Positions 1 through 11,637 are shown, counted from the whole stretch's first letter. The stretch is 55,689 nt of DNA, filler included, from Jimgerdemannia flammicorona (GCA_003990765.1; 3 parts of 3 records of this genome joined end to end with filler, not necessarily neighbours in it); one strand, 5' to 3'. Numbers and translations are program-made. The notes: generated from the sequence alone by a model not told the origin.

Positions 1-1194
1 GGAATGGACATCACTACAGTAGAAGAAACTATACTGAAACCCCAGACAACCACCCTACTCGCAACTGGACTGGAGATGACCATCCCAAAGGATCATGTCG
101 GGATTCTCAAGACAAGAAGCAGCCTGGCTAGAAGCGAAATCACAATCGAAGGAGGAGTCATTGATTTAGACTCTACTGGAGAAATTCTACTCATTACTAG
201 GAACCACAATCCTACAATTTCATTCCCAGTCAAGAAGAAGGACTGATTGGCACAGATGTTGATCTTCCCAATCATACAGCCAAGGATCATAAAAGTCATG
301 AATCTGGAGGAAACAAAAAGAGGAAAGAAAGGATTCAGATCCACAGGAAGAGGAGTATTCGCCAGTACCAAGATCACTGAACTCGAGCATAAGAAGGAGG
401 AAAACATGAGCAAGCACAGTTACACCATTGGAGACGAATTTCCACTCAAGGAGGAACTTAAGAAAATACTCCACAAATTCGAAGATGTCCTTGCCACAGA
501 TTTCAAGGATATTAAGGGAAAGACCCCACACTACTATCATGAGGTAGATACTGGAGACACCAAACCAATTTACCAGAAGGCAAGATCTGTCCCACCAGCC
601 TACCAAGAATAGCTCAGAGAAGAAATCAAGCAGATGGAAGAAGCTGGCATCATCAAAGAAGCCAGCAGCCCCTGGTCTTCACCAGTTGTACTAGCCCCGA
701 AAAAAGGAAGCAAACCTGGAGAATTTGCCCCAAGGCTCTGTGTTGACTACAGAAAGCTCAATGTAGTTACCAAGAAGGATCGCCAACCACTGCCGCTCAT
801 CAGTAACATCCTTATAATACTGGGAGACAAAGCAGAGTACTACAGCACTTTGAACTTATACTCAGGATTTCACCAAATCGGACTCACAGAGATGGCAAGT
901 GAAAAGTCAGCCTTTATCACCCCAGACGGAACCTATATCTACCTACGAATGCTATTCAGAATGTGCAATACACCAGCAAGCTTTCAGCGAATGATGAACA
1001 AAATCTTCTGCTATGACATGGGAAGATGGATGATGGTCTATATTGATGATGTAATCATCTACAGCAAGACACCTGAGGAACATCTGCAGCACATACAGCA
1101 GATAATAGAGAGACTAAGACAATATGGCCTTTATATCAAACCCAAGAAGTACAAGTTTGCAGAAATCGAGATCTCCTATCTTGGCCATATTATC
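1..1194 (+). pseudogene. pol: Ty3/Gypsy element A pol remnant, 5' part: dUTPase followed directly by reverse transcriptase
   Basis: ORFs 4-246, 247-612 and 634-1242 are in one frame broken by single stops. dUTPase motifs KTRSSLA, EGGVIDLDSTGEI, AQ, RGKKGFRSTG; RT motifs SPWSSPVVL, RLCVDYRKLN, YIDDVII, SYLGHII. Cut at 1194 by an LTR insertion. Confidence 0.93.
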
Positions 1195-1288
1195 TGTAAG
1201 CACACAACCTCCAAGCCACTGAAATTACACATCACCCTCTGAACAAGCCACTGAAATCACACACTTTTTTTTTTTTTTTTTTTTTTTT

Positions 1289-1963
1289 ATAAAACGAGTA
1301 GATAGTAGAGGAATAGTTTAGAGCGAGATGTGATACTGTTACGGCAGATATGAAAGTTGGCAGTAAAAGGTCAAAACAGTAATCTTAAGTGAATTTTCAT
1401 AATGGAACGAAAGCAAGCAGAATAAAGTGTTTTCCGAAGCAAGGTGCAATAGATCTGCAACCCGCCCTCAGTATTGCAATATGCGGTGGTCTTTATTCAT
1501 TTTGAGAAACAAAGTTTGGATAAACAAAGACACGGATCTAACTCCAGAATTCCGGAATCAGATAGGTGCATAAGTACCCAGACCTTGCCCTGATCCAAAC
1601 AAGGGTCTGAATCGGGCTTCGTCGATCTACATACATGATGGGCCATTAAAAAACCTGATATAGTAACAATCAGGAAAAAGGTTCTGGTCACGTGATCTAA
1701 TGTTACACAATCAATAAACAATGCCAAAAATGGAACTAGACCAATGACACAGCATGTGTTGTCACATGATTGTCACTGATAGGTTTTAAAAACCTAAAAA
1801 TTGTTGGCACCTGAAGGCGCAGGCATCAGGCCTAGAGCCTCGCGACCGGAGCGGAGTAGAGCCTCGGCACCGGAGCGAGCAAAGCAAGTGGAGGTAGACA
1901 GGCATCACGGAGCGTAGGTACGCAGGCGTCAGGCCTAGAGCCTCGCGCTGGAGGTTGTCCGGC
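1289..1963 (-). repeat. 3' pseudo-LTR of Penelope-like copy 1
   Basis: Reverse complement matches 5702-6380 and 9590-10267. Confidence 0.9.
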
Positions 1964-2013
1964 GATTTTTCACATTTTTAAACATCGTACGGCACGTACA
2001 AGCAGTGCGGCCT

Positions 2014-4026
2014 TCAAGGAGGACTTAGAGCGAAGCTGGTGTTTGAGACAGCATTAAGAATGGTAAAACCATTCTTCTGGGTGATGATTGATCGTTGGGC
2101 GGTCGCAGGGAAACCAAAACAAAGCAAAGCGATACGTAGAGTCTTGTCGGGCTGTTGATGTAGCCATCGGGCCATGTCGTATTGGACAACAAGCAGCGGG
2201 GGAGAAAAAGCAGAGTGGGGGATAGGGGGGTGGGAAATAAGGGGAGGGGTGAGAAGTGAAGTTCGGACCTCAAGCCAATCAACCAAACTCAATTGAGCAG
2301 TTACAACATCAACAGGGTATCCTTTCCTGTGAACCAGGAATTCGGCCAAAGACCAACACTCATCAAGCCAATCATGGTGAGACGAGCAGAGTAGCGAAAG
2401 GCGGCGGGCTTCATTCACAATGCATAGATGGAGTATCTTCCTAGGATAATTGCTCAACCAGTTGACAAACTGAGTACTATGCGGGAATTTAGCAAAACGG
2501 CCAGTACAGAACGGTGCAACTCAGATTTCCAGGTCTAAGTAATGGCACGGTCCAGCGGACAAGACTTCCTATTTGATACGATAGTGTGGTGGGTACACAG
2601 CAGCAAAGATCAAGGCCAAGTCCATAATTGCGGGCATAAAGACAATAAGATCGTCGATATACCAGCGGAACTTTAGCCCGGCAGCAACGGCTCGGCTAAG
2701 CAGATGATCAGGTGCTTGCAAGGCATGCAATTCATGAGCAAAACCAACCAGATTGGCAAGATCCGGAGCACAATTGGTGCCCATAGCAATACCAGTCACA
2801 GAGCGGAAGGAGCCGATGGCAGATATAAACGTCGTATGAGTCATGACAATGCAGACGAGACCGAGAATGACGACAAGCAGCAGAGAGCCAGGGGGGAAGG
2901 CCACCATCGACAAAAAGGTGAGGCAGTCGATGCACTCATCTAATGTGATCCTAGTGTAGAAGGTGGCAAAATCTCCAGTAGCAACATAGTTGCAATCTGA
3001 CATGTCAAGGTAATCTGATCGAACCAATTGAAGCAGTTCTAATGTATCACGTAGAGGTGAATATCGCGAATAACCCATATTATGGTGCAGATGGGCTGAC
3101 CACAGATGGAGAAAGCGAGATAAGAAATGCGAAATCTCAGTCATGGGAGAGTTAAATGCACTAACAATAGGGTGCCATGCCATGCAAGCCCCTTTGTGTA
3201 CCTTGGGCAGAGCATGAAATATGGGTAGCTTTCAATTGTTGGGCTCCATGAGGTGTTCCCAAATCGGCATACAATTATGATCGCTGATACAGAACTCGAG
3301 TAGACCAAGCAGGTCTAGCCTCACTGATTCCTTAATGTTATCAATCGTAGAGAGATCATTCACGTACGCAGGATCGTGAAGGAGGGACCGAAGACCGTCG
3401 AGATACAGAGCGCATGGTAAGACGGCAAACTCCAGATTTTTGTCGGTAAGACAGATGGTAAAGTCATCATGAGTACGGACGCCTTTGAGAAGGCGGTGGA
3501 ACTTCTTCGGTATAAGCGCACCGGACACATTCGTCGTGGGTCGGACAGCTTGATTCAAGGTGGCACTCATATGAAGCATAATTTGCATATTTTCCATACA
3601 GTGTGGCGGTCGCCATTTAGATGGCACCCAGGCAGAGATCTCCGGGACGTCATCAGGATTACCCATAGAGGTCCAGAAGGTGGCAAGGTCAAGACGCCAT
3701 TGGAATGACGACAACGAAATCGGGTCGATGGTGCTGTTCATCGATGCCGACCCAGGGAGAACGAACTTAGGGCCAAAGTTCAGCATATACGTGAGCTCGG
3801 GGGTAAGCCAAGGCGGAGGTATATCGGTAACAAAGCCCTCCTTGGTAAACATCCAAAACCGAGGGACGAAAAACTGACTTAAGCGGGAACCGGGAAGAGA
3901 AGACACGAAGGCAAAATCCTCAATAGGTGTCAAGGCCGCTACCCTACGTGGAATGGGGACATCGGGGCCAAACCACACTGCCGGGAAGTCATATAAGACT
4001 TCCGGGCTGGGGACCTCTAGTTTTTT
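2014..4026 (-). pseudogene. Penelope-like reverse transcriptase ORF2, copy 1 (~670 codons, premature stops, no GIY-YIG domain)
   Basis: ORFs 3232-3978, 2569-3183 and 2014-2457 share one frame; motifs LPKVHK..WHPIVS, GDFATFYTRI, GIAMGTNCAPDLANL, WYIDDLIV, HYLDLEI, SNYPRK; ends at 2014 with no endonuclease motif. Confidence 0.9.
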
Positions 4027-5165
4027 AATGCTAGAGGGCAGGTATTGCCGGCATTATGCCAAACGACATGATGTTTAGCGGCAGTACACTTGTTGTACTG
4101 CAGCACAAACGCCCTGGCAGCGCTCTTAGATGAGCGGCTCGAAGTCGACGAGTGACTGGTCCCAGTAGAAACAGAAGAAACGGATGGGGAAGGAGAATTC
4201 TTACGTGCTCGCTTGACCCCTTTTACAGAACCCACTGTCACGGCAGGGGCTAGGGGGCAAGGACCCCAGTGGGCCTTCGTAGGCACACCAAGGCGTCCAG
4301 AACAGCTACGGCAGTTCGGCGCAACAGAGGCCAAGGTCACCTTCACCTCCTTCACCTTTCCCGCAGCCCCCGCAGGCATGGCAGTAGAGGGTAGGGGGGT
4401 GGGGACGCTCTTTTTCGGTCAGGCGGAACCAGCGGCAGTAGAAGCAAACTTGTGTTTGGCACCCGGAGTAATGATCTCGGGGCGCTTCCCAAGCTCCTCA
4501 ACCACAGCTTTGTGAGCGGCGGCAGAAATCCCATCTTGCAGGGAGGAGGATGCAGGGACTGTCGAGCAGACGGCGGCAGCAGTGGCTTTGGCAGCGGCAG
4601 CGGCGGCAAGATGGCGAGACTGATGCACGACAACGTCAAAACCACGGAACAGAAACAAGTTCGTCCTGACTCGGTCAGTGGCAGCGAGGGTAGTGATATT
4701 CTTGCTAACCCCTTGGGTGATATCAACAGATACACCAAAAAATTGATGGGCATCGAAAGAGCCACCCATGGCTTTGTCAATTTTAGCATGCTGGTCCTTA
4801 GCATGCTAGGCAGCGGCATCTTGATCAGACACGGCAGCCTCGATCGCGGCAGTGGCATGGCGCTTAGCTTCTGCCAAAGCAGTAGTAAGGGTGGCATCAT
4901 GCTGCTCCTCAGGTAGGAGGGTGATGGCAGCGGCAACCTTCTTGGAAGGAGTAAACTTCCAATCAGCAACCTGGGCCCATAGGAACTCGGCGCGGCGTTC
5001 TTTCGCGGCGGCGACCTCAAGGGCGGAGAGCACTCCGATGCAAGCAGCACAGAAGAAAACAGGGACCTCGGCAGATGCCGCAGTGACATAGGCTGCAAGG
5101 TTGTCGAACTCTGCCAAATCGGTGAAGGAAGCTTTGGGGACAGCAGCATCGCCATCTATATTCAT
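4017..5165 (-). pseudogene. Penelope-like ORF1, copy 1 (Ala-rich helical N-half, C-terminal Cys/His motifs)
   Basis: In-frame pieces 4806-5165, 4419-4769 and 4017-4379; near-identical to 6387-7547. Confidence 0.8.
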
Positions 5166-5183
5166 ATTATCTGTTATGTTGTG

Positions 5184-5702
5184 TATTATAAAATGAGTAG
5201 ATAGTAGAGGAATAGTTTAGAGCGAGATGTGATACTGTTATGGCGGATATGAAAGTTGGCAGTAAAAGGTCAAAACAGTAATCTTAAGTGAATTTTCACG
5301 ATGGAATGAAAGCAAGCGGAATAAAGTGTTTTCCGAAGCAAGGTGCAATAGATCTGCAACCTGCCCTCAGCACCGCAATATGCGGTGGTCTTTATTCATT
5401 TTAAGAAACAAAGTTCGGATAAACAAAGACATGGATCTAACCCCAGAATTCTGGAATCGGATAGGTGCATAAGTACCCGGACCTTGCCCCAATCCAAACA
5501 AGGGTCTGAATTGGGCTTCGTCGATCTACACATATGATGGGCCATTAAAAAACCCGATATAGTAACAATTGGGAAAAAGGTTCCAGTCACGTGATCTAAT
5601 GTTACACAATCAATAAACAATGCCAAAAACGGAACTAGACCAATGACACAGCATGTGTTGTCACATGATTGTCACTGATAGGTTTTAAAAACCTAAAAAT
5701 TG
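5184..5702 (-). repeat. 5' pseudo-LTR of copy 1, lacking the first ~170 bp
   Basis: Direct repeat of 1289-~1802; stops at the inversion junction AAAAATTG 5695-5702. Confidence 0.88.
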
Positions 5703-6380
5703 CCGGACAACCTCCGGCGCGAGGCTCTAGGCCTGACGCCTGCGTATCTATGCTCTATGATACCTGTCTACCTCTGCTCGCTTCGCTCACTCCGGTGCCG
5801 AGGCTCCACTCTGCTCCAGTCGTGAGGCTCTAGGCCTGATGCCTGCGCCTTCGGGTGCCGACGATTTTTAGGTTTTTAAAACCTATCAGTGACAATCATG
5901 TGATAACACATGCTGTGTCATTGGTCTAGTTCCGTTTTTGGCATTGTTTATTGATTGTGTAACATTAGATCACATGACCAGAACCTTTTTCCCGATTGTT
6001 ACTATATCGGGTTTTTTAATGGCTCATCATGTGTGTAGATCGATAAAGCCCAATTCAGACCCTTGTTTGGATCGGGGCAAGGTCCAGGTACTTATGCACC
6101 TATCCGATTCTGGAATTCTGGGGTTAGATCCATGTCTTTGTTTATCTGAACTTTGTTTCTCAAAATGAATAAAGACCACTGCATATTGTGGTACTGAGGG
6201 CGGGTTGCAGATCTATTGCACCTTGCTTCGGAAAACACTTTATTCCGCTTGCTTTCGTTCCATCATGAAAATTCACTTAAGATTACTGTTTTGACCTTTT
6301 ACCACTGACTTTCATATCTGCCGTAACAGTATCACATCTCGCTCTAAACTATTCCTCTACTATCTACTCGTTTTATAATA
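5702..6380 (+). repeat. 5' pseudo-LTR of Penelope-like copy 2
   Basis: Direct repeat of 9590-10267; ends at TTTTATAATA 6 bp before the ORF1 ATG; no TG..CA ends. Confidence 0.9.
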
Positions 6381-6386
6381 CACAAC

Positions 6387-7547
6387 ATGATAGATAATAT
6401 GAATGTAGATAGTGATGCTGCCATCCCCAAAGCTTCCTTCACCGATTTGGCAGAGTTCGACAACCTTGCAGCCTATGTCGCTGCGGCATCTGCCAAGGTC
6501 CCTGTTTTCTTCCGTGCTGCTTGCACTGGAGTGCTCTCCGCCCTTGAGGTCGCCACCATGAAAGAATGCCGCGCCAAGTTCCTATGGGCCCAGGTTGCTG
6601 ATTGGAAGTTTACTCCTTCCAAGAAGGTTGCCGCTGCCATCGCCCTCCTACCTGAGGAGCAGCATGATGCCGCCCTTACTACTGCTTCGGCAGAAGCTAA
6701 GCACCATGCCACTGCCGCGATCAAGGCTGCCGTGTCTGATCAAGATGCCGCCGCCCAGTATGCTAAGGACCAGCATGCTAAAATTGACAAAGCCATGGGT
6801 GGCTCTTCCGATGCCCATCAATTTTTTGATGTATCTGTTGATATCACTCAAGGGGTTAGCAAGAATATTGCTACCCTCGCTGCCACTGACCGAGCCAGGA
6901 TGAACTTGTTTCTGTTCTGTGGTTTTGACGTTGTCATGCGTCAGTCTCGCCGTCTTGCTGCCGCCACTGCTGCCAAAGCCGCTGCTGCCGCCGTCCGCCT
7001 GACAGTCCCTGCATCCTTCTCTCTGCAAGATGGGATTTCTGCCACTGCCCACAAAGCTGTGGTTGAGGAGCTTGGGAAGCACCCCGAGATCGTTACTCCA
7101 GGTGCCAAACACACATTTGCTTCTACTACCACTGGTTCTGCCTGACCGAAAAAGAGCGTCCCCACCCCCCTACCCTCTACCGCCGCGCCTGCGGGGGCTG
7201 CGGGAAAGGTGAAGGAGGTGAAGGTGACCTTGGCCTCTGTTGCGCCGAACTGCCGTAGCTGTTCTGGATGCCTTGGTGTGCCTACGAAGGCCCACTGGGG
7301 TCCTTGCCCCCTAGCCCCTGCTGTGATAGTGGGTTCTGTAAAAGGGGTCAAGCGAGCACATAAGGATTCTCCTTCCCCGTCCATTTCTTCTGTTTCTACC
7401 GGGACCAGCCGCTCGTTGACTTCAAGCCGCTTGTCTAAGAGCGCCACCAGGGCGTTTGTGCCGCAGTGCAACAAGTATACTGCTGCTAAACATCATGTCG
7501 TTTGGCATAATGCTGGCGATACCTGCCCTCTAGCGTCAAAAAACTAG
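6387..7547 (+). pseudogene. Penelope-like ORF1, copy 2 (386 codons with one internal TGA at 7143-7145)
   Basis: ORFs 6387-7145 and 7209-7547 are in frame; C-x2-C-x10-H-x3-C (CRSC..HWGPC) and a second C-x2-C-x9-H-x5-C motif (consensus of both copies). Confidence 0.8.
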
Positions 7548-7584
7548 AGGTCCCCAGCCCGGAAGTCTTATATGACTTCCCGGC
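7538..7584 (+). promoter_or_regulatory. Candidate -1 programmed ribosomal frameshift signal between ORF1 and RT
   Basis: A_AAA_AAC at 7538-7544 in ORF1 frame immediately before TAG; -1 frame is open into RT; hairpin GCCcGGAAGTC/GACTTCCcGGC at 7557-7584; identical in copy 1 (heptamer 4020-4026). Confidence 0.72.
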
Positions 7585-9539
7585 AGTGTGGTTTGGCCCC
7601 GATGTCCCCATTCCACGTGGGGTAGCGGCCTCGACACCTATTGAGGATTTTGCCTTCGTGTCTTCTCTTCCTGGTTCCCGCTTAAGTCAGTTTTTCGTCC
7701 CTTGGTTTCGGATGTTTACCGAGGAGGGCTTTGTTACCGATATACCTCCGCCTTGGCTTACCCCCGAGCTCACGTATATGCTGAACTTTGGCCCTAAGTT
7801 CATTCTCCCCGGGTCAGCATCGATGAACAGTACCATCGACCCGATTTCGTTGTCGTCGTTCCAACGGCGTCTCGACCTTGCCACCTTCTGGACCTCTATG
7901 GGTAATCCTGACGATGTCCCAGAGATCTCCGCCTGGGTGCCATCTAAATGGCGACTGCCGCACTGTATAGAAAATATGCAAATTATGCTCCATATGAGTG
8001 CCGCCTTGAATCAAGCTGTCCGACCCATGATGAATGTGTCCGGCACGCTTGTACCGAAGAAGTTTCGCCACCTTCTCAAAGGCATCCATACTCATGATAA
8101 CTTTACCGTCTGTCTTACCAACAAAAATCTGGGGTTCACCGTCTTATCGCGCGCTCTGTATCTCGATGGTCTTCGGTCCCTCTTTCACGATCCTGCATAT
8201 GTGAATGATCCCTCTACGATTGATAACGTTAAGGAATCAGTGAGGCTAGACCTGCTTGGTCTACTCGAGTTCTGCATTGGCGATCATAATTGTATGCTGA
8301 TTTGGGAACACCTCATGGAGCCCAATGATTGTAAGCTACCCATGTTTCACGCTCTGCCCAAGGTACACAAAGGGGCTCGCGTGGCATGGCGCCCTATCGT
8401 TGGTGCGTTTAACTCTCCCACAACCAAGATTTCGCGTTTCCTATCTTGCTTTCTCCGTCTGTGGTCGGCCCATCTGCACCATAATGTGGGTTATTCATGA
8501 TATTCACCTCTATGTGATATGTTAGAACTGCTTCAATTGGTTCGATCGGATTACCTTGACGTGTCAGATTGCAACTACATTGCTACTGGCCTTCTACACC
8601 AGGATCACATTAGATGAGTACATCAACTGCCTCACCTTTTTGTCAATGGTGGTCTTCCCCCCTGGCTCTCTGCCACTTGTCGCCATTCTCAGCCTCATCT
8701 GCATTGTTATGACTTATATGACATTTACATCTGCCATCGGCTCCTTCCGCTCTGTGACTGGTATTGCTATAGGCACCAATTATACTCCAGATCTTGCCAA
8801 TCTGGTTGGTTTTGCTCATGAATTGTGCGCCTTGCAAATACCTGATCATCTGCTTAGCCAAGCTGTCGCTGCCTGGCTAAAGTTCCGCTGGTATATCGAC
8901 GATCTTATTGTCTTTACGCCTGCGATTATGGACTTAGCCTCGATCTTTGCTGCTATGTACCCACCACACCATCGTATCGAATGGGAAGTCTTGTCTGCCG
9001 GACCGTGCCATTACTTAGACCTGGAAATCCGAGTTGCACCATTCTGCACTGGCCGTTTTGCTAAATTCCTGCATAGTACTCAGTTTGTCGACTGGTTGAG
9101 CAATCATCCTAGGAAGACGCTCCGTCTATGCATTGTGAACGAAGCCCGCTGCCTTTCGCTACTCTGCTCATCTTGCCGTGATTGGCTTGATGAGTGTCGG
9201 TCTTTGGCCGAATTCCTGGTTCACAGGAAAGGATACCCTGTTGATGTTGTAACCGCTCAATTGAGTTTGGTTGATTGGCTTGAGGTCCGAACTTCACTTC
9301 TCACCCCTCCCCTTATTTCCCACCCCCCTATCCCCCACTCCGCTTTTCCTCCCCTGCTGCTTGTCATCCAATACGACATGGCCTGATGGTTACATCAATA
9401 GCCCGACAAGACTCTACGTACCGCTTTGCTTCATTTTGGTTTCTCTGCGACTGCCCGATGACCAATCATCGCCCAGAAGAACGGTTTTACTGTTCTTAAT
9501 GCTGTCTCAAACATCAGCTTCACTCTAAGTCCTCCTTGA
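7544..9539 (+). pseudogene. Penelope-like reverse transcriptase ORF2, copy 2
   Basis: LPMFHALPKVHKG..WRPIVG, GIAIGTNYTPDLANL, WYIDDLIV, HYLDLEI, SNHPRK; 11-bp deletion near 8590 removes motif A Asp and shifts frame; premature stops. Confidence 0.9.
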
Positions 9540-9589
9540 AGGCCGCACTGCTTGTACGTACTGTGTGATGTTTAAAAACGCAAAAAATT

Positions 9590-10267
9590 GCTGGACAACC
9601 TCCGGCGTGAGGCACTAGGCCTGACGCCTGCGTACCTATGCTCCGTGATGCCTGTCTACCTCCGCTCGCTTCGCTCGCTCTGGTGCCGAGGCTCTACTCC
9701 ACTCTGGTCACGAGACTCTAGGCCTGATGCCTGCACCTTCGGGTGCCGACGATTTTTAGGTTTTTAAAACCTATCAGTGACAATCACATGACAATATGTG
9801 CTGTGTCATTGGTCTAGTTCCATTTTTGGCATTGTTTATTGATTGTGTAACATTAGATCACGTGACCGGAACCTTTTTCCCAATTGTTACTATATCGGGT
9901 TTTTAATGGCTCATTATGTGTGTAGATCGACGAAGCCCGATTCAGACCCTTGTTTGGATCGGGGCAAGGTCTGGGTACTTATGCACCTATCCGATTCTGG
10001 AATTCTGGGGTTAGATCCGTGTCTTTGTTTATCTGAACTTTGTTTCTCAAAATGAATAAAGACTACCGCATATTGTGGTGCTGAGGGCGGGTTGCAGATC
10101 TATTGCACCTTGCTTCGGAAAACACTTTATTCTGCTTGCTTTCATTCCGTTATGAAAATTCACTTAAGATTACTGTTTTGATCTTTTACCACCGACTTTC
10201 ATATCCGCCGTAACAGTATCACATCTCGCTCTAAACTATTCCTCTACTATTTACTCGTTTTATAATA
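9590..10267 (+). repeat. 3' pseudo-LTR of Penelope-like copy 2
   Basis: Direct repeat of 5702-6380, followed by A-rich tail. Confidence 0.9.
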
Positions 10268-10280
10268 AAAATAAAATAAA

Positions 10281-10331
<51 letters not shown>

Positions 10332-10539
10332 AAATCTAGAAATCACCTGCTTGATCATGAAGCTGAGTCAAACCGAAGTCACAGCATACAAAGCTGAGTC
10401 AATATGAGGTCACAGAATACAAGATTTACACAAACAGAATCTTACCAATTAGGACCAAATGCATATATACCGAGTACCGAGATACGTTGAATCAGAGAAC
10501 CAAAACAAACAAACAACCACAACTTCTAAACACACAAAC

Positions 10540-11637
10540 ATGATCACCAAGATCTACAACTGTATCCATGCTGACATTTGGAATGCCATTGTCAACCGAG
10601 CCACACCCCCTCTGCCCCTCATGAATATCCATAGCCTGGCACCCCTCTACTTCATGGAAGCCTGATGGAATGCCCTGAACATGCTTAGTGAGGCCCACTG
10701 AATCAGACAAATCTCAAGCTACTACCAGATCAGCCGCCTCCTGGAAGACATGATCGAACACTACTACAATACAGACATTACCCAGATATCTCAATACCAG
10801 AAGCTCATCATCTGCAAACATTGAGAACTCTTCTATAAGTATAGCACCATTATTTCCCACCTCCGAGTTACTACCAGTGAAATGGTTGCTACTCTGTCCT
10901 ATGGCCAAATCAATGACATGATACAAGAACTCAACCAGAAGTACCTTGAGTATATCAAAACCACAGATAGAACCTTCCCACACCCCAATAATCATATCCT
11001 ATAAATGCCTCAAGTTGGATACACCATGAAGGACATCTATGATATAATCCACTTCGATGAAGACGAAGCAGAAGACAATGATCTCTCTGATGCCAACATG
11101 ACCTCTAGTCAAGGATCTCTGCCAACCCTGATCACTCTGCCAACCTTGCCAATGAACTTACAACAGTTCATAACTACATACAAGACTTATTGGGACAATG
11201 ACCACTGGCACGAATACCAACCTGCATTCACCCCCAATTACTTCAACTACAACGAAGAGACCAGAGAACACAACCTGTACCTTCAGACAACTCTTGAGAT
11301 CAAACCAACCACTCCACCACCCGAGTACGAGTGACATGAACCACAGCTGCCAGTATACTATAACCCCACAACTCACAGTGCCGTAACCTATAGAAGGTAC
11401 ACAGACAGCAAATCCAATGAAAGTAAAGACAATACACTCATCCTTCACCCACCAATACCTTATCTAGCATACAAGACAGACAATGCTATCCTGTGGGATA
11501 GAGACGAAGTTCCAATGTACTATTACCTCAGCAAACAAAGAGAAGTAATCTGCAAACCACTCTTCCTAGATGACTACTTCATCAGAGATGATGCAATCGA
11601 TGGTGATGTCATTGAGGACTACCCAGACAGCACCTAA
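10540..11637 (+). pseudogene. LTR-internal ORF of family B, decayed copy (366 codons incl. stop, unknown function)
   Basis: ATG 10540 to TAA 11637, same 1098-bp length and frame as 30003-31100; only point-mutation stops. Confidence 0.75.

Larger units (their letters stand above)
1265..5702 (-). mobile_element. Penelope-like retroelement, endonuclease-deficient, copy 1 (5'-truncated terminal repeat, ORF1, RT ORF, 3' terminal repeat, poly(A))
   Basis: Reverse complement of 5702-10330; poly(T) 1265-1288; PLE-type RT motifs; terminal direct repeats 1289-1963 and 5184-5702. Confidence 0.9.
5702..10330 (+). mobile_element. Penelope-like retroelement, endonuclease-deficient, copy 2
   Basis: ~680-bp direct terminal repeats (5702-6380, 9590-10267), ORF1, RT ORF, (A4T)n then poly(A) 10283-10330. 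Confidence 0.92.

Noticed and set aside
5938..6168. 76-aa ORF MALFIDCV repeated in the pseudo-LTRs
   Set aside because: TTG start, no domain, frameshifted in the fourth copy; recurrence only reflects the DNA repeat.
5702..6380. Canonical hammerhead ribozyme in the pseudo-LTR
   Set aside because: I found no CUGANGA..GAAA..UH core on either strand; only the non-canonical junction reported as a finding.
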